Source: Chloroflexales bacterium
Lineage (GTDB): Bacteria > Chloroflexota > Chloroflexia > Chloroflexales > Kallotenuaceae
Assembly: GCA_038254585.1 (NCBI GenBank)
Contig: JBBSGA010000001.1
Location: 37-64,036 of the forward strand
Direction of reading: 5' to 3'
Length of the DNA stretch: 64,000 bases
Position 1 is the first letter of the stretch. Every line of letters starts with the position of its first letter. The position numbers and the translations under genes are program-made. Positions 36,548 to 46,283 of the stretch are shown one piece after another. Under the pieces are notes generated by a model. It saw nothing but the letters and a program-made list of their open reading frames with translations, did not search any database and had not been told where the DNA came from.

Positions 36548-38296
36548 ATGGCGATCAGCACCCCCCATGGCTCGCCGCAGTTCCCGGTCGCGGCTACGGC
36601 GATCGCCCCATCCCCACGGGAATGGCTCGACATCTCGGTACGTACGCTCCAGGCTCAGAAAGACGCATGGGCAGCTGTGCCGGTGCGCGAGCGTATTGAT
36701 CTCCTGGACGAGATGATGCGGAATACGGGGGCGATCGCCGAGCGGTGGATCGCCGCCTCGCTCCAGGCCAAGCGCGCGTTGGGTGATGGGGCGGCCGCCG
36801 AGGAATGGGCAGCCGGCCCCTGGCCCGTGCTGCGGAACCTGCGCCAGCTGCGACGCTCGCTAGCTGGGATCGAGGCGTGCGGTGCGCCGGCAATTCCTGG
36901 TCCAATCAGGCTGCGCCCCGACGGCCAGGTCACGGCGCAGATCTTTCCGCAAACGATCTACGACCGGATCCTCTTTGGGGGGCTTACCGCTGAGACCTGG
37001 ATGGAGCCCGGGGTGACGCGCGCCGAAGTGGCCGCAACCCAGGCCCTGGCCTACCATAATAAGCACCACCCGGGCAAGGTCGTGCTCGTGCTCGGCGCGG
37101 GCAATGTCTCGAGCATCGGCCCGATGGACATACTCTACAAGCTTTTCGTCGAGGACCACGTGGTGCTTTACAAGAGCAACCCGGTCAACGCCTATCTCAA
37201 CCCGCTCCTGGAAGAAGCTTTTCGGGGACTGGTGGAGCGACGCTTCCTACGCATCGTCTCGGGTGGCACGGACGAGGGCACCTACCTCTGCGACCACCCG
37301 GGAGTTGAGGAGATCCACATCACGGGCTCCGATAAAAGCTTTGACGCCATCGTCTTCGGGCCGGGCCCGGAAGGAGCGGCCCGGAAAGCGGCGGTACACC
37401 CATTGCGGACAAAGCCGATCAGCGGCGAGCTCGGCAACGTCAGCCCGGTCATCGTCGTACCCGGCTCTTGGAGCACCGGCGACTTGAAATATCAGGCTGA
37501 GCACTTGGCGACGATGCTTACCAACAATGCAGGCTTCAACTGCAATGCCGCGCGGGTCATCTTCCAGCATGCGGGCTGGGTCCAGCGCGATGACTTGCTC
37601 AAAAGGATTCGTTCGCTGCTCGCGACGATACCCCTGCGCGCCGCCTACTACCCGGGAGCCAGCGAGCGGCAGCAGGCCTTCGTCGCCGCCCATCCCAAGG
37701 CGGAACAGTTTGGCCAGGCCGGGACGGACGAGCTTCCTTGGACGCTGATCCCAGGCGTCGACCCGCGCGCGACGGATGATATCTGCTTCACGACGGAAGC
37801 CTTCTGCAGTCTGTTTGCAGAGACGGCGGTCGAGGCTGCGTCGGTGCCCGAGTACCTAGACCGGTCCGTCGAGCTCGCCAATAAGCATCTGTGGGGCACG
37901 CTTAATGCGACCATCATCGTCCATCCCAGATCGCTCAAGGACCCGTCCGTGGCCGCGGCTGTGGAGCGCGCGATAGCCGGCCTACGGTACGGGACAGTGG
38001 CTGTCAATTACTGGGCTGCTGCCGGCTATGCGCTCGCGGTTACGCCGTGGGGCGCTTTTCCCGGCCATACGTTCGACGATATCCAGTCCGGGACAGGCGT
38101 CGTGCATAACACACTGATGTTCTCTCGCTCTCAGAAGAGCGTTCTGCGCGCTCCTTTCCGCACCAGGCCAACGCCGCCGTGGTTCGTCACGCGGGGCCGT
38201 GCTGGGCGCAAGGTTTTTCAAAGACTCTGCGATCTCGAAGCCGCGCCCACCCTCGGGAAGATTCCCGCACTCATTTGGGCTGCCATGCGGGGCTGA
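36548..38296 (+). CDS. Aldehyde dehydrogenase family protein (long form, ~582 aa)
   Basis: AGGAG SD before ATG 36548. ALDH motifs GELGNVSP and the catalytic-Cys region GFNCNAARV. The N-terminal 144 aa of ORF 36116-38296 are unsupported. Confidence 0.85.
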   Translation: MAISTPHGSPQFPVAATAIAPSPREWLDISVRTLQAQKDAWAAVPVRERIDLLDEMMRNTGAIAERWIAASLQAKRALGDGAAAEEWAAGPWPVLRNLRQLRRSLAGIEACGAPAIPGPIRLRPDGQVTAQIFPQTIYDRILFGGLTAETWMEPGVTRAEVAATQALAYHNKHHPGKVVLVLGAGNVSSIGPMDILYKLFVEDHVVLYKSNPVNAYLNPLLEEAFRGLVERRFLRIVSGGTDEGTYLCDHPGVEEIHITGSDKSFDAIVFGPGPEGAARKAAVHPLRTKPISGELGNVSPVIVVPGSWSTGDLKYQAEHLATMLTNNAGFNCNAARVIFQHAGWVQRDDLLKRIRSLLATIPLRAAYYPGASERQQAFVAAHPKAEQFGQAGTDELPWTLIPGVDPRATDDICFTTEAFCSLFAETAVEAASVPEYLDRSVELANKHLWGTLNATIIVHPRSLKDPSVAAAVERAIAGLRYGTVAVNYWAAAGYALAVTPWGAFPGHTFDDIQSGTGVVHNTLMFSRSQKSVLRAPFRTRPTPPWFVTRGRAGRKVFQRLCDLEAAPTLGKIPALIWAAMRG

Positions 38297-38336
38297 GGAC
38301 GAGGGTTCGCATACGCCCCGGAGACCGGCCGCACCT

Positions 38337-38699
38337 CTATTTCTTGAAGACCTTGCCCGTGTTCGCGTCGACGAAGACGCGGCTGCCGAGGTCGCCGGCA
38401 CTCTTGGCGATGGTAACGGTATAGTAGAGACCGTCCGGCGCTCCCTCGGGCGGCAGAGAGGTGGAGTTGTCCTTCGAGGCATAGCCGAGCGTGACGCGGC
38501 TCAGGATCGGAGACGGTGTTGGCGGCCTCAAAGCCGCGTCCGGTGGGGCGTCGACAGTGCCTTTGAGGTTGATCTTTCCCGCTGGCCGTCCAGCGCGCCT
38601 GTAGAGTCGATTTCTCGGGATTGATGTTCTGCATGCGCGGATCGTGAATGCACGACCGGAGTGAGACATCAGCTCCGGACTATGACTGGCGCAGATCAA
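38337..38699 (-). CDS. Doubtful ORF with PepSY-like C-terminus; possibly a gene fragment
   Basis: C-terminal ...GLYYTVTIAKSAGDLGSRVFVDANTGKVFKK resembles a PepSY repeat. The annotated ATG lies inside the upstream terminator hairpin, and a second frame (ORF 38218-38634) reads more naturally for the N-terminal part. Confidence 0.25.
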   Translation of the reverse strand: MICASHSPELMSHSGRAFTIRACRTSIPRNRLYRRAGRPAGKINLKGTVDAPPDAALRPPTPSPILSRVTLGYASKDNSTSLPPEGAPDGLYYTVTIAKSAGDLGSRVFVDANTGKVFKK

Positions 38700-38732
38700 A
38701 GCGCGCCTGGGATCACTGCCCAGGCGCGCTTT
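38698..38732 (-). terminator. Hairpin terminator after lipoprotein gene 1 (possibly bidirectional)
   Basis: GCGCGCCTGGG (38701-38711) / CCCAGGCGCGC (38719-38729) flanked by AAA and TTT, so T residues follow the stem on both strands. Confidence 0.6.
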
Positions 38733-38790
38733 GGAAATGAGTTGATGCGGTTCGGTCTGGCAAAGCCTTTCGTAAAGACTTACGTAGGGC

Positions 38791-39516
38791 TTATGGCGCC
38801 GTGGTCGCCGTCTCGGTTGTCATCGCATTAGGTGTCGTTGTGCCCATGCTGCCGGTCGCGGTAGATGTCGTGACAGGGCTGGGTACGGCGTTGCCTTGGC
38901 CGCACGGCACTGCCGTCTCGGTCGCCATCGCACCCATCGTCGCCGTCTCGGTCGTCATCGCGCCCATCGTCGCCGTCTCGGTCGTCATCGCGCCCATCGT
39001 CGCCGTCTCGGTCGCCATCGCACCCATCGTCGCCGTCTCGGTCGCCATCGCGCCCATCGTCGCCGTCTCGGTCGTCATCGCGCCCATCGTCGCCGTCTCA
39101 GTGCCCATCGCGCCCATCGTCGCCGTCTCGGTCGCACCTTCTGTCGCGCTAGGGCACGGGACCACTGTCATCGCTCCACCGGTCATCGCACCCGCGGTCT
39201 CGGTCGTCATCGCACCCGCGGTCTCGGTCGTCATCGCACCCGCGGTCTCGGTCGTCATCGCACCCGCGGTCTCGGTCGTCATCGCACCCGCGGTCTCAGT
39301 CGTCATCGCACCCGCGGTCTCAGTCGTCATCGCACCGCCTGTCGCGGCCGTCTCCGTCGCGCCGGCTCCACTTGCGGTCGTCGCCGCGGTCGTGGCGCTT
39401 GTCGCACCGCCGGGAGCTGTGGTCGGCGTCTGATTCGCGGCGCCTGAGCTGCAAGCAGCCAGGCTCGCCAATGCCAGCACGGCCGCAAAACATAGCCCGA
39501 GAGATTTGCGTCGCAT
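38791..39516 (-). CDS. Lipoprotein with two in-frame tandem-repeat arrays, Thr/Ala/Met/Gly/Glu-rich
   Basis: GGAGGA SD. Signal peptide plus lipobox LASLAAC. Six MTTETAGA units, then VVPC, then seven TETATMGAMx units, then TETAVPC. Confidence 0.8.
   Translation of the reverse strand: MRRKSLGLCFAAVLALASLAACSSGAANQTPTTAPGGATSATTAATTASGAGATETAATGGAMTTETAGAMTTETAGAMTTETAGAMTTETAGAMTTETAGAMTTETAGAMTGGAMTVVPCPSATEGATETATMGAMGTETATMGAMTTETATMGAMATETATMGAMATETATMGAMTTETATMGAMTTETATMGAMATETAVPCGQGNAVPSPVTTSTATGSMGTTTPNAMTTETATTAP
38911..39134 (-). repeat. 30-nt tandem repeat, 7 full copies plus a partial (encodes TETATMGAMx)
   Basis: Plus-strand unit cgccgtctcggtcg(c/t)catcgc(a/g)cccatcgt repeated head-to-tail with only 1-3 substitutions per copy. 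Confidence 0.9.
39182..39337 (-). repeat. 24-nt tandem repeat, 6 copies plus a partial (encodes MTTETAGA)
   Basis: Plus-strand unit gtcatcgcacccgcggtctcggtc starting at 39182, 39206, 39230, 39254, 39278 and 39302. The last two copies differ by a single G-to-A. Confidence 0.9.
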
Positions 39517-39919
39517 CCCTATCCTCCATTTACCTAACGCTGCCACTATCGGCAACGCACACAAAGGCGCCTATGGCAGCAAGGGTTGTGCCACCATGCG
39601 ACGAGGCCCGGAGGATGGCGGCCGGTCGACGACGGCACCGGCGACCGACGGTCACCTCACTGCTACCCGAATGTCAGCTTAAGGGCATAATATTGCGAAA
39701 GGCTCCGCATAGGATCTGAGCATGACGAAACAGTGTTCTCGACGACCCGCTCAGCTTGTCCTTGCCGGCGTCGTGCTGGCCGCCGGGGCACGTTTTGGAA
39801 CGATTACGCGTAAAGCTGTGCCCAGACGATCGACTCAACACCTGAAGACCGGACCCGGTACTGGCGGGTGCGAGCGATCTGGCGACCTGTAGTGGCACGG
39901 ACGACGGCACGACCGAGCA

Positions 39920-40528
39920 TCACGTCTTCCGCACGGCCAGGATCGTCTTGCCGATCCGGATCGCGGCGCCGGCTCGGACCTCCACCTCATTGCCGACGAT
40001 GCGCGTGCCATCCACACGTGTGCCGTATCTGCTCGTGTCCTCCAGCATCACGCGCCCGTTTGCGAGCCACAGGCGGCAGTGACGGTCACGACTGACCGCC
40101 GGATCGTGGAGCACGAGTAGACCCATATGCGACTTCTCCGCACCAATCGCACGCCGCACGATAAGGGCGCCTTCACGCGGGATCTCCGCCTGCTCGCGGG
40201 CATCAGGCCCCTGCTGCACCACGACAAAGATAGCGCTTCCCACGGTGCCGGTCTCATCGAAGAGGCGAAGGCCTGCCGGACGGAACGGACGACGTCCTTC
40301 GGGCGCCGGAAAGTCCATCCCTTTGCCCGGGGCGACCTTGTTCATTTGTGCGCGCCGCGACATCCGCTCGCTCAAGTAGAGGGGAATCGCGATCGGGCCG
40401 AGCAGAAGCGTCAGCAGCCCCCACCACATCAGCCCGGAGCGCGGAAAACTCGCGTAGGCATCCTGTACCACCCATACCAGCGCAAGCAGCCAGACGAGCG
40501 GTACCGCCACCCACAGCCACGTCGTCAT
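39920..40528 (-). CDS. Membrane-anchored FHA-domain protein
   Basis: Two N-terminal TM helices (WLWVAVPLVWLLALVWVV, WWGLLTLLLGPIAIPLYL). C-terminal FHA pattern (...VSRDRHCRLW...LEDTSRYGTRVDGTRI...IRIGKTIL). Confidence 0.8.
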   Translation of the reverse strand: MTTWLWVAVPLVWLLALVWVVQDAYASFPRSGLMWWGLLTLLLGPIAIPLYLSERMSRRAQMNKVAPGKGMDFPAPEGRRPFRPAGLRLFDETGTVGSAIFVVVQQGPDAREQAEIPREGALIVRRAIGAEKSHMGLLVLHDPAVSRDRHCRLWLANGRVMLEDTSRYGTRVDGTRIVGNEVEVRAGAAIRIGKTILAVRKT

Positions 40529-40756
40529 CTTTCACCTGCATCTATGGTGGAGCCGGGTTCCTGTAACCAGGGCCGAGGTGGGGACGCGTCTCTGCACAGG
40601 CGGCCGCCCCACGAACCGAATCCCATAGCAACCCGCACGCCAGGATTCGACCTTCGGCGCGACGATCGACGCGCGCGGGAAAGGATCGCCCCGAATGACT
40701 CCCTGCGCGGGCCAAGCAGAGCGCGTGCAAGGAAGCGAATGAAGCTGTAGAGCACG

Positions 40757-41254
40757 GTGGCGGTGCTGCTGAAGGCGTCTCTCGATGCGTTGCGAGGCGA
40801 GCTTGTAGCACTCGATCCCGCGCGGCTGCGCTGGCGGCCGGCCGAGGATGCCTGGTGTATCAACGAGGTCGTCGGCCATCTGATCGAAGCCGAAGAGCGA
40901 GGCTTCGCCGGGCGCATCCGCCTGATCCTCCGCCAGGATCGCCCAGACTTCCGGCTCTGGGACCAGCCGGTGGTCGCCCTAGCACGGAACGACTGCGAGC
41001 GCGAGACGGCTGATCTTATCGCCGCCTTTGTGGCTCTGCGGGTAGCGAGCATCGAGCTCGTACAGGGACTAATGCCCGATCAGCTGCTGCGCTCAGGTCT
41101 CCATCCGGTCGTCGGAGCGCTCACCGTTCAGGATTTGCTCCATGAGTGAGTTTATCACGACCGTATACATCTGCAGCAAATCCTCGACAACGTCAAAGCA
41201 AGCATATGGCCGGCGATGGGTAATGCACGCCGCTTCTATACCGAAGGGAGCTGA
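40757..41254 (+). pseudogene. DinB-family protein interrupted by in-frame TGA (41147-41149) at the conserved Trp
   Basis: ORF 40757-41149 ends ...DLLHE. The same frame continues VYHDRIHLQQILDNVKASIWPAMGNARRFYTEGS to TGA 41252-41254. DinB proteins carry HEWxxHDxxH here, so the original codon was probably TGG. Confidence 0.75.
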
Positions 41255-41296
41255 GCTGGATATCACTGCGGCGAACGACCGCCGGGTGGTCGCTCG

Positions 41297-41866
41297 TCAT
41301 TCGTCGGCGGCTGGCTTTTCTTTTTTTCCGAGGCGTCCGGCCCGCATATCCCAGTAGTGATTGATGGCGTAGGTGATACGCTCTTTGACCGTCTGCGCAT
41401 TTTCCCACCCTTTCGTCTCGACGCGCGCTCCTTCGAGGTCCTTGTAGACTTTGAAAAAATGCTCGACCTCTTTGAGATAGTGAGCCGGCAGATCTGTGTA
41501 GTCGTTGATGTCGTCGAAGAACGGATCATAGTGCAAGACGGCTAGAACCTTGTCGTCGGGCTCGCCCCGGTCGGTCATCTTGAACATCCCGATCGGGCGC
41601 GCCTCGACGATACACCCCGTGAACGTCGGTAAGTTTGTGACGACGAGAACGTCCAGCGGATCGCCGTCGTCGTAGTAGGTCTGGGGAATGAAGCCATAGT
41701 CGCCCGGATAATGCACCGGCGAGTAGAGTACCCGGTCGAGCTTGAAGGCGCCCGTCTTTTTGTGAAACTCATATTTGTTGCGCGAGCCCTTGGGAATCTC
41801 GACGATGACGTGGATGACCTCCGGAAGCGTAGGGCCAGGCTCCAGCTCGTGCCACAGGTTCATCAT
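41297..41866 (-). CDS. ppa: Inorganic pyrophosphatase (family I)
   Basis: VIVEIPKGSRNKYE, DGDPLDVLV, and the D-rich active-site pattern. Confidence 0.95.
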   Translation of the reverse strand: MMNLWHELEPGPTLPEVIHVIVEIPKGSRNKYEFHKKTGAFKLDRVLYSPVHYPGDYGFIPQTYYDDGDPLDVLVVTNLPTFTGCIVEARPIGMFKMTDRGEPDDKVLAVLHYDPFFDDINDYTDLPAHYLKEVEHFFKVYKDLEGARVETKGWENAQTVKERITYAINHYWDMRAGRLGKKEKPAADE

Positions 41867-42086
41867 TGCTTGTTACTCCAGACTAATCCACTTGTCCGCA
41901 CTGGCACCCTCGATGATACGCACCGTGGCGGAGCCGCTGGCTCCTTCAGCCGGGAGCCCAGGTGGCACACACTATAGCAAGTGGCATCAGCGGGGTCAAC
42001 GTCGAAAGTCTCTGTGGCTTGCGCCCTGCTATGCTTCGTCTGCAATGCGCGGGCGGCGGAGCGCCGCCCGGTTCTAGCCCGAGGAG

Positions 42087-42860
42087 ATGCCCATCGTGGC
42101 GAAGCGAAAGATTGTGATCACTGGGGCGGCCGGCCGGATCGGCAGCTTTCTTACCGGCTATTTCGATGGCAAGTACGATCTGGTCCTGACCGATCTGCGC
42201 CCGCCCCAGGATACTCATTCCTACCCATTCAGGGAGGTCGACATCGGCGCCGTCGACGCCTTGCGCGAGCTCTTCGGCGGTGTTGAGACCGTCGTGCATC
42301 TGGCCGCCGATCCTCGGACCTATGCGCCGTGGGAGAGCCTGCTGCCGCGGAATATCGTCGGCGTTTACAACGTCTTCGATGCCGCCCACGCGGCCGGCTG
42401 CCACCGTGTGATCTTTGCCAGCAGCATCAATGCGGTTGGGGGCTACCCCGCCGATGTCCAGGTACGAACGGACATGCCGGTCCGCCCGGGCAATCTCTAC
42501 GGCGCCACCAAAGCGTGGGGCGAGGCGGTAGCGTGTTTCTACGCCGATCAGCTCGGCCTCTCGGCCATCTGCCTACGCTTCGGATGGGTTCAGGCGCGCG
42601 ACGGTGAGTTCATGCAGAACAATCCTGCCTGGCTCGACCTTGTCCTCACGTACGAAGACCTTGGAAAGCTCGTCGAGCGCTCCATCGAAGCGCCGCCCGA
42701 CCTGCGCTTCGGAATCTTCCAAGGTCTATCCAACAACCGTTGGAAACGGCTGGACATCAGCGACGCCCGCACTGTGCTCGGCTACGACCCGGCGGACGAT
42801 GCCTTCGCCCTGGCGGACGCGTTCAGGCGCCGGCCCGACGACGATGTGCTTCCGAAATAG
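42087..42860 (+). CDS. NAD-dependent epimerase/dehydratase family protein (extended SDR)
   Basis: VITGAAGRIGSFL Rossmann motif and YGATK (Y-x3-K). Confidence 0.8.
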   Translation: MPIVAKRKIVITGAAGRIGSFLTGYFDGKYDLVLTDLRPPQDTHSYPFREVDIGAVDALRELFGGVETVVHLAADPRTYAPWESLLPRNIVGVYNVFDAAHAAGCHRVIFASSINAVGGYPADVQVRTDMPVRPGNLYGATKAWGEAVACFYADQLGLSAICLRFGWVQARDGEFMQNNPAWLDLVLTYEDLGKLVERSIEAPPDLRFGIFQGLSNNRWKRLDISDARTVLGYDPADDAFALADAFRRRPDDDVLPK

Positions 42861-42954
42861 CCGTGTCCGCCCGGCGCGGTGGCACACTCCTTGCCGAGCT
42901 ACCGCCCCTTTGTGCACACTCCGTGAAAGAGCAAGTGCTAAACAGGGGGAACGG

Positions 42955-43689
42955 ATGATCAAGAAACTGGTCGGATTGGGCTTTGCCGCGTCACTCGCGC
43001 TCGGCTCGCTGGTAGCCTGCGGCGGCTCGAATACTACCAGCAACCAATCAGGCAGCCTATCGAGCACCGCCACCTCCGGCCCGGCTGGCGGCATTGCTCA
43101 GGCTTCCGCGGCGGCGCCGGCGGCGGGCAATCCGGAGGCAGCTACCGCCGCCGAGTCCGGTGCGACGACAGCGTCTGGCAACACCGGTATGAGCCTGGAG
43201 ACTGCGACGGCCGCCGCGACAAGCACAGCGGCCGGCGGCGTGATGACGACAGGCACGATGACGGCGGGCACCGGTGCGATGGAGTCGAGCACGATGGGGG
43301 CGGGACGCAGCGGGGCGTCGGCCGGCGCCGCCGGCACGACCACGACCGCAACAGGCATGGCACCCGCTATGCCCGCCGGCGGGATGACCACCGTGACGCC
43401 GTGTGGTACGGCCGTGGCAACGGAGACGGCGGCGGCCGGCACGACGACGGCCATGGAAACCGAGACCGCCACGACTACGGCTGCCACGAGCGCCGCTTCT
43501 ACCGCGGAGCCCTGCTTTAGCTCTCCGCCGCTTCCAGCCAATCCATGTGGCCGCCTGGTAACCGGCACTGCTACCGGGGCGGAGATGGGCGCTTCGAGCA
43601 CCGCCACCATGGGGGCAGCCGCCGCGGCCGCCGTGATGCCCTGCGCGACGGCCGGAGCCGGCCAGACGACGACCGCAACCTCGCCCTAA
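42955..43689 (+). CDS. Paralogous Thr/Ala/Met/Gly-rich lipoprotein
   Basis: AGGGGGA SD. Signal/lipobox MIKKLVGLGFAASLALGSLVAC aligns with MRRKSLGLCFAAVLALASLAAC of 38791-39516. Low-complexity body with four xPC motifs. Confidence 0.7.
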   Translation: MIKKLVGLGFAASLALGSLVACGGSNTTSNQSGSLSSTATSGPAGGIAQASAAAPAAGNPEAATAAESGATTASGNTGMSLETATAAATSTAAGGVMTTGTMTAGTGAMESSTMGAGRSGASAGAAGTTTTATGMAPAMPAGGMTTVTPCGTAVATETAAAGTTTAMETETATTTAATSAASTAEPCFSSPPLPANPCGRLVTGTATGAEMGASSTATMGAAAAAAVMPCATAGAGQTTTATSP

Positions 43690-43731
43690 ACCGCGAGCCC
43701 TTCACACGGGAGAGCAGCCTGCACTGGCGCC

Positions 43732-43771
43732 CACGACCGGCATAATACGATGCCGGTCGTGCTCTTTACTT
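43732..43771 (+). terminator. Intrinsic terminator after lipoprotein gene 2
   Basis: Perfect 12-bp stem CACGACCGGCAT (43732-43743) / ATGCCGGTCGTG (43750-43761) followed by CTCTTTACTT. Confidence 0.7.
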
Positions 43772-43797
43772 CCCTCGCTGCCCCTCGACGGTGAACG

Positions 43798-43806
43798 TGC
43801 TATACT
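43798..43806 (+). promoter_or_regulatory. Extended -10 TGCTATACT, 9 nt before the proB ATG (leaderless-type)
   Basis: TATACT at 43801-43806, ATG at 43816. No SD fits in between. Confidence 0.45.
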
Positions 43807-43815
43807 TTGCGCGCC

Positions 43816-44937
43816 ATGGCTTCGGGAGCAGTCCACCGCAAGCGCGTCGTCATCAAGCTCGGCACGAGTGTCCTCAGTGCTCGCAGTGACCGGCTCAACC
43901 GGCCCAGGATGGTCGAGTTCGTGCGCCAGATCGCAGCACTCTACGACGCTGGCCATGAGCCGGTCCTCGTCACTTCGGGGGCTGTGCTGGCGGGATGGGA
44001 GCAGCTGGAGTTTCCTCCACGGCGGCGCAACCTGCCCGATAAGCAGCTGCTCGCGGCGGTTGGGCAGGGTCGCCTGATGCATCTCTATGCACAGCTGGCG
44101 GACCTGTTCGGCATGAATGTCGCCCAAACGCTGCTGACGCGCGACGATCTGCGCGACCGGCGGCGCTACCTAAATGCGCGAAACACGCTGCTCGCCTGTA
44201 TCGAGCGCAAAGTGCTGCCCGTCGTGAATGAGAACGACGTCGTTGCGATCGATGAGATTCGCGTGGGCGACAACGATAATCTATCGGCCCTGGTCGCGAA
44301 CCTTGTCGAGGCGGATCTGCTGCTGATTTGTACCGATATCGCCGGCCTCTACAGCGCCGACCCCCGCGTCGATCCCAATGCTCGGTTGATCGAAGAGGTT
44401 CAGAGCATCGACGACTCGGTCTGGGCGAGCGCCGGCGCCGCGGGCTCGCATCGGGGAACCGGAGGGATGGTGACCAAGCTCCAGGCGGCGGAGCTCGCGA
44501 CGAGTGCCGGCACCGACGTCATTATCGCGGCGGGCGATGCGCCCAACGTTATCCTGCGCGCGACCGCGGGCGAGGCAGTCGGAACGCTCTTTCGCGCCAA
44601 GGGCACACGTATCGAAGCCCGCAAGCGGTGGATCCTGGCCGAGACAGTGCGGCACAGCCGCGTCGTCGTCGACGTCGGCGCAGCCAACGCGCTCCTGCGG
44701 CAGGGTCGCAGTCTGCTGGCGGCGGGAGTCGTCGGCATCGAAGGCTCCTTCGAGCGCGGGCAGACGGTGCGCATCTTCGATCGCGACGGTAAAGAGCTGG
44801 CGCGGGGTCTCACCCAGTATAGCGCGGCCGCGCTGTCCCTTATTCAAGGCCGCCACTCCTCCCAGATCCCTGCCGCGCTTGGGTATATGTACGGACCTGA
44901 AGTCGTCCATCGCGACGATCTTGTGATGCTGACCTGA
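43816..44937 (+). CDS. proB: Glutamate 5-kinase with PUA domain
   Basis: VVIKLGTSVLS..., the NENDVVA / DNDNLSA motifs, and a C-terminal PUA-like region. ATG 43816 is preferred over TTG 43807 because of the -10 position. Confidence 0.9.
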   Translation: MASGAVHRKRVVIKLGTSVLSARSDRLNRPRMVEFVRQIAALYDAGHEPVLVTSGAVLAGWEQLEFPPRRRNLPDKQLLAAVGQGRLMHLYAQLADLFGMNVAQTLLTRDDLRDRRRYLNARNTLLACIERKVLPVVNENDVVAIDEIRVGDNDNLSALVANLVEADLLLICTDIAGLYSADPRVDPNARLIEEVQSIDDSVWASAGAAGSHRGTGGMVTKLQAAELATSAGTDVIIAAGDAPNVILRATAGEAVGTLFRAKGTRIEARKRWILAETVRHSRVVVDVGAANALLRQGRSLLAAGVVGIEGSFERGQTVRIFDRDGKELARGLTQYSAAALSLIQGRHSSQIPAALGYMYGPEVVHRDDLVMLT

Positions 44938-44989
44938 GCGGCGAGCCGTTGGCTTCCGGCGATCAGCTTGACCCGATAGGGAACGACCG

Positions 44990-46255
44990 ATGACACGAAC
45001 GGACCTCAATCTGATGGGGCAGCGGGGACTGGCCGCCGCGCGAATCCTTGCCACGCTGCCGCCTGAGCGCAAGAACCTGGCGCTCCAAGCGATCGCCGCG
45101 GGCTTGCGGGCAGATACAGCCGCGATCCTGCGTGCTAACGCCGAGGACGTCGACCGGGCCAAGGCGAATGGGATGTCGCCGGCGCTCGTCGACCGTCTGC
45201 TCCTGACCCCCGAGCGAATCGAGGGCATCGCCGCGGAGGTCGAGCACGTGGCGGCGCTCCCCGATCCGGTAGGCGAGCGTTTCGACTGTGCAGTGCTGCC
45301 AAGCGGATTGCGGGTCCACAAACGACGCACGCCGCTTGGCGTCATCGGCGTCATCTACGAGTCGCGGCCGAACGTGACGGTCGACGTCGCGGTTCTGTGT
45401 GTCAAAGCCGGCAACGCGGCGATCTTGAGGGGCGGCAGCGAGACGACCTCCAGCAACACGGCGCTTGGCGCGACGATCGCGCGCGCATTTCAAGCCTACG
45501 AGCTGCCGGAAGCAGCTGTGCAGGTGATCGGCGATCCGGATCGCGGGCTGGTGCTCGAGCTCTTGCGCCTCCACGACTACGTGTCGATGATCATCCCGCG
45601 AGGAGGCGCTGGCCTCCATCAGTTCTGCCGCAAGCATGCGACGATCCCCGTCATCACCGGCGGGCTCGGCGTCTGCCACGTCTACGTCGATCCCACGGCC
45701 GATCTCGAACGGGCGCTTCCGGTGATCCACAATGCCAAGGTTCAGCGCCCGAGTGCCTGTAACGCGCTCGACACCGTGCTCGTCCACCGGTCGGTTGCAG
45801 GATCGCTGCTCCCGCGGATGGCCCAAGACCTGGCGACGGCAGGAGTCGAAATCCGGGCCGACGAAGCGGCGCTCGCCGCGCTGGGCTCGGGCTGCCCGGC
45901 CGTCCGGCCGGCTGCTCCGGACGACTTTGGGCAGGAGTTTCTGGCGCTGATCCTCTCGGTGCGCGTCGTCGATAGTCTCGACGAGGCGATCGAGCACATT
46001 ACGCACTACGGCACCGGGCATTCGGATGCGATCCTCACGACCGACGAGGAGGCCGCGGATCGTTTCGTAGCGGAGGTAGATTCGGCCGCGGTATACGTCA
46101 ACGCCTCAACCCGTTTCACCGACGGAGCGCAGCTCGGGCTGGGGGCGGAAGTGGCCGTGAGCACGCAGAAGCTCCATGCGCGGGGGCCGATGGCGCTCAA
46201 AGAATTGACCACGTACAAATGGGTGATCGAGGGCGACGGCCACGTCCGATCGTAG
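44990..46255 (+). CDS. proA: Glutamate-5-semialdehyde dehydrogenase (gamma-glutamyl phosphate reductase)
   Basis: 421 aa. ...[11 protein letters not shown]..., the catalytic-Cys region [13 protein letters not shown], and ...HTGHSDAI-like ([10 protein letters not shown]). Confidence 0.95.
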   Translation: MTRTDLNLMGQRGLAAARILATLPPERKNLALQAIAAGLRADTAAILRANAEDVDRAKANGMSPALVDRLLLTPERIEGIAAEVEHVAALPDPVGERFDCAVLPSGLRVHKRRTPLGVIGVIYESRPNVTVDVAVLCVKAGNAAILRGGSETTSSNTALGATIARAFQAYELPEAAVQVIGDPDRGLVLELLRLHDYVSMIIPRGGAGLHQFCRKHATIPVITGGLGVCHVYVDPTADLERALPVIHNAKVQRPSACNALDTVLVHRSVAGSLLPRMAQDLATAGVEIRADEAALAALGSGCPAVRPAAPDDFGQEFLALILSVRVVDSLDEAIEHITHYGTGHSDAILTTDEEAADRFVAEVDSAAVYVNASTRFTDGAQLGLGAEVAVSTQKLHARGPMALKELTTYKWVIEGDGHVRS

Positions 46256-46283
46256 TGGCTCCGTAGCGGAACCCATGCCCAGC

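Noticed and set aside
38801-39447. Regular short repeats that could be mistaken for a CRISPR array
   Set aside because: The units (30 nt and 24 nt) are directly adjacent with no spacers. Their periods are multiples of three. They are in frame inside a lipoprotein gene that has a signal peptide and lipobox. No cas genes are nearby.
41147-41149. TGA recoded as Trp (genetic code 4) or other systematic stop reassignment
   Set aside because: TGA is used as a genuine stop throughout the window, for example at the aspS end and at the ATGA overlaps of ctaE/ctaG and ndh/LarA-like. A single nonsense change or a base-call error is the more economical explanation.
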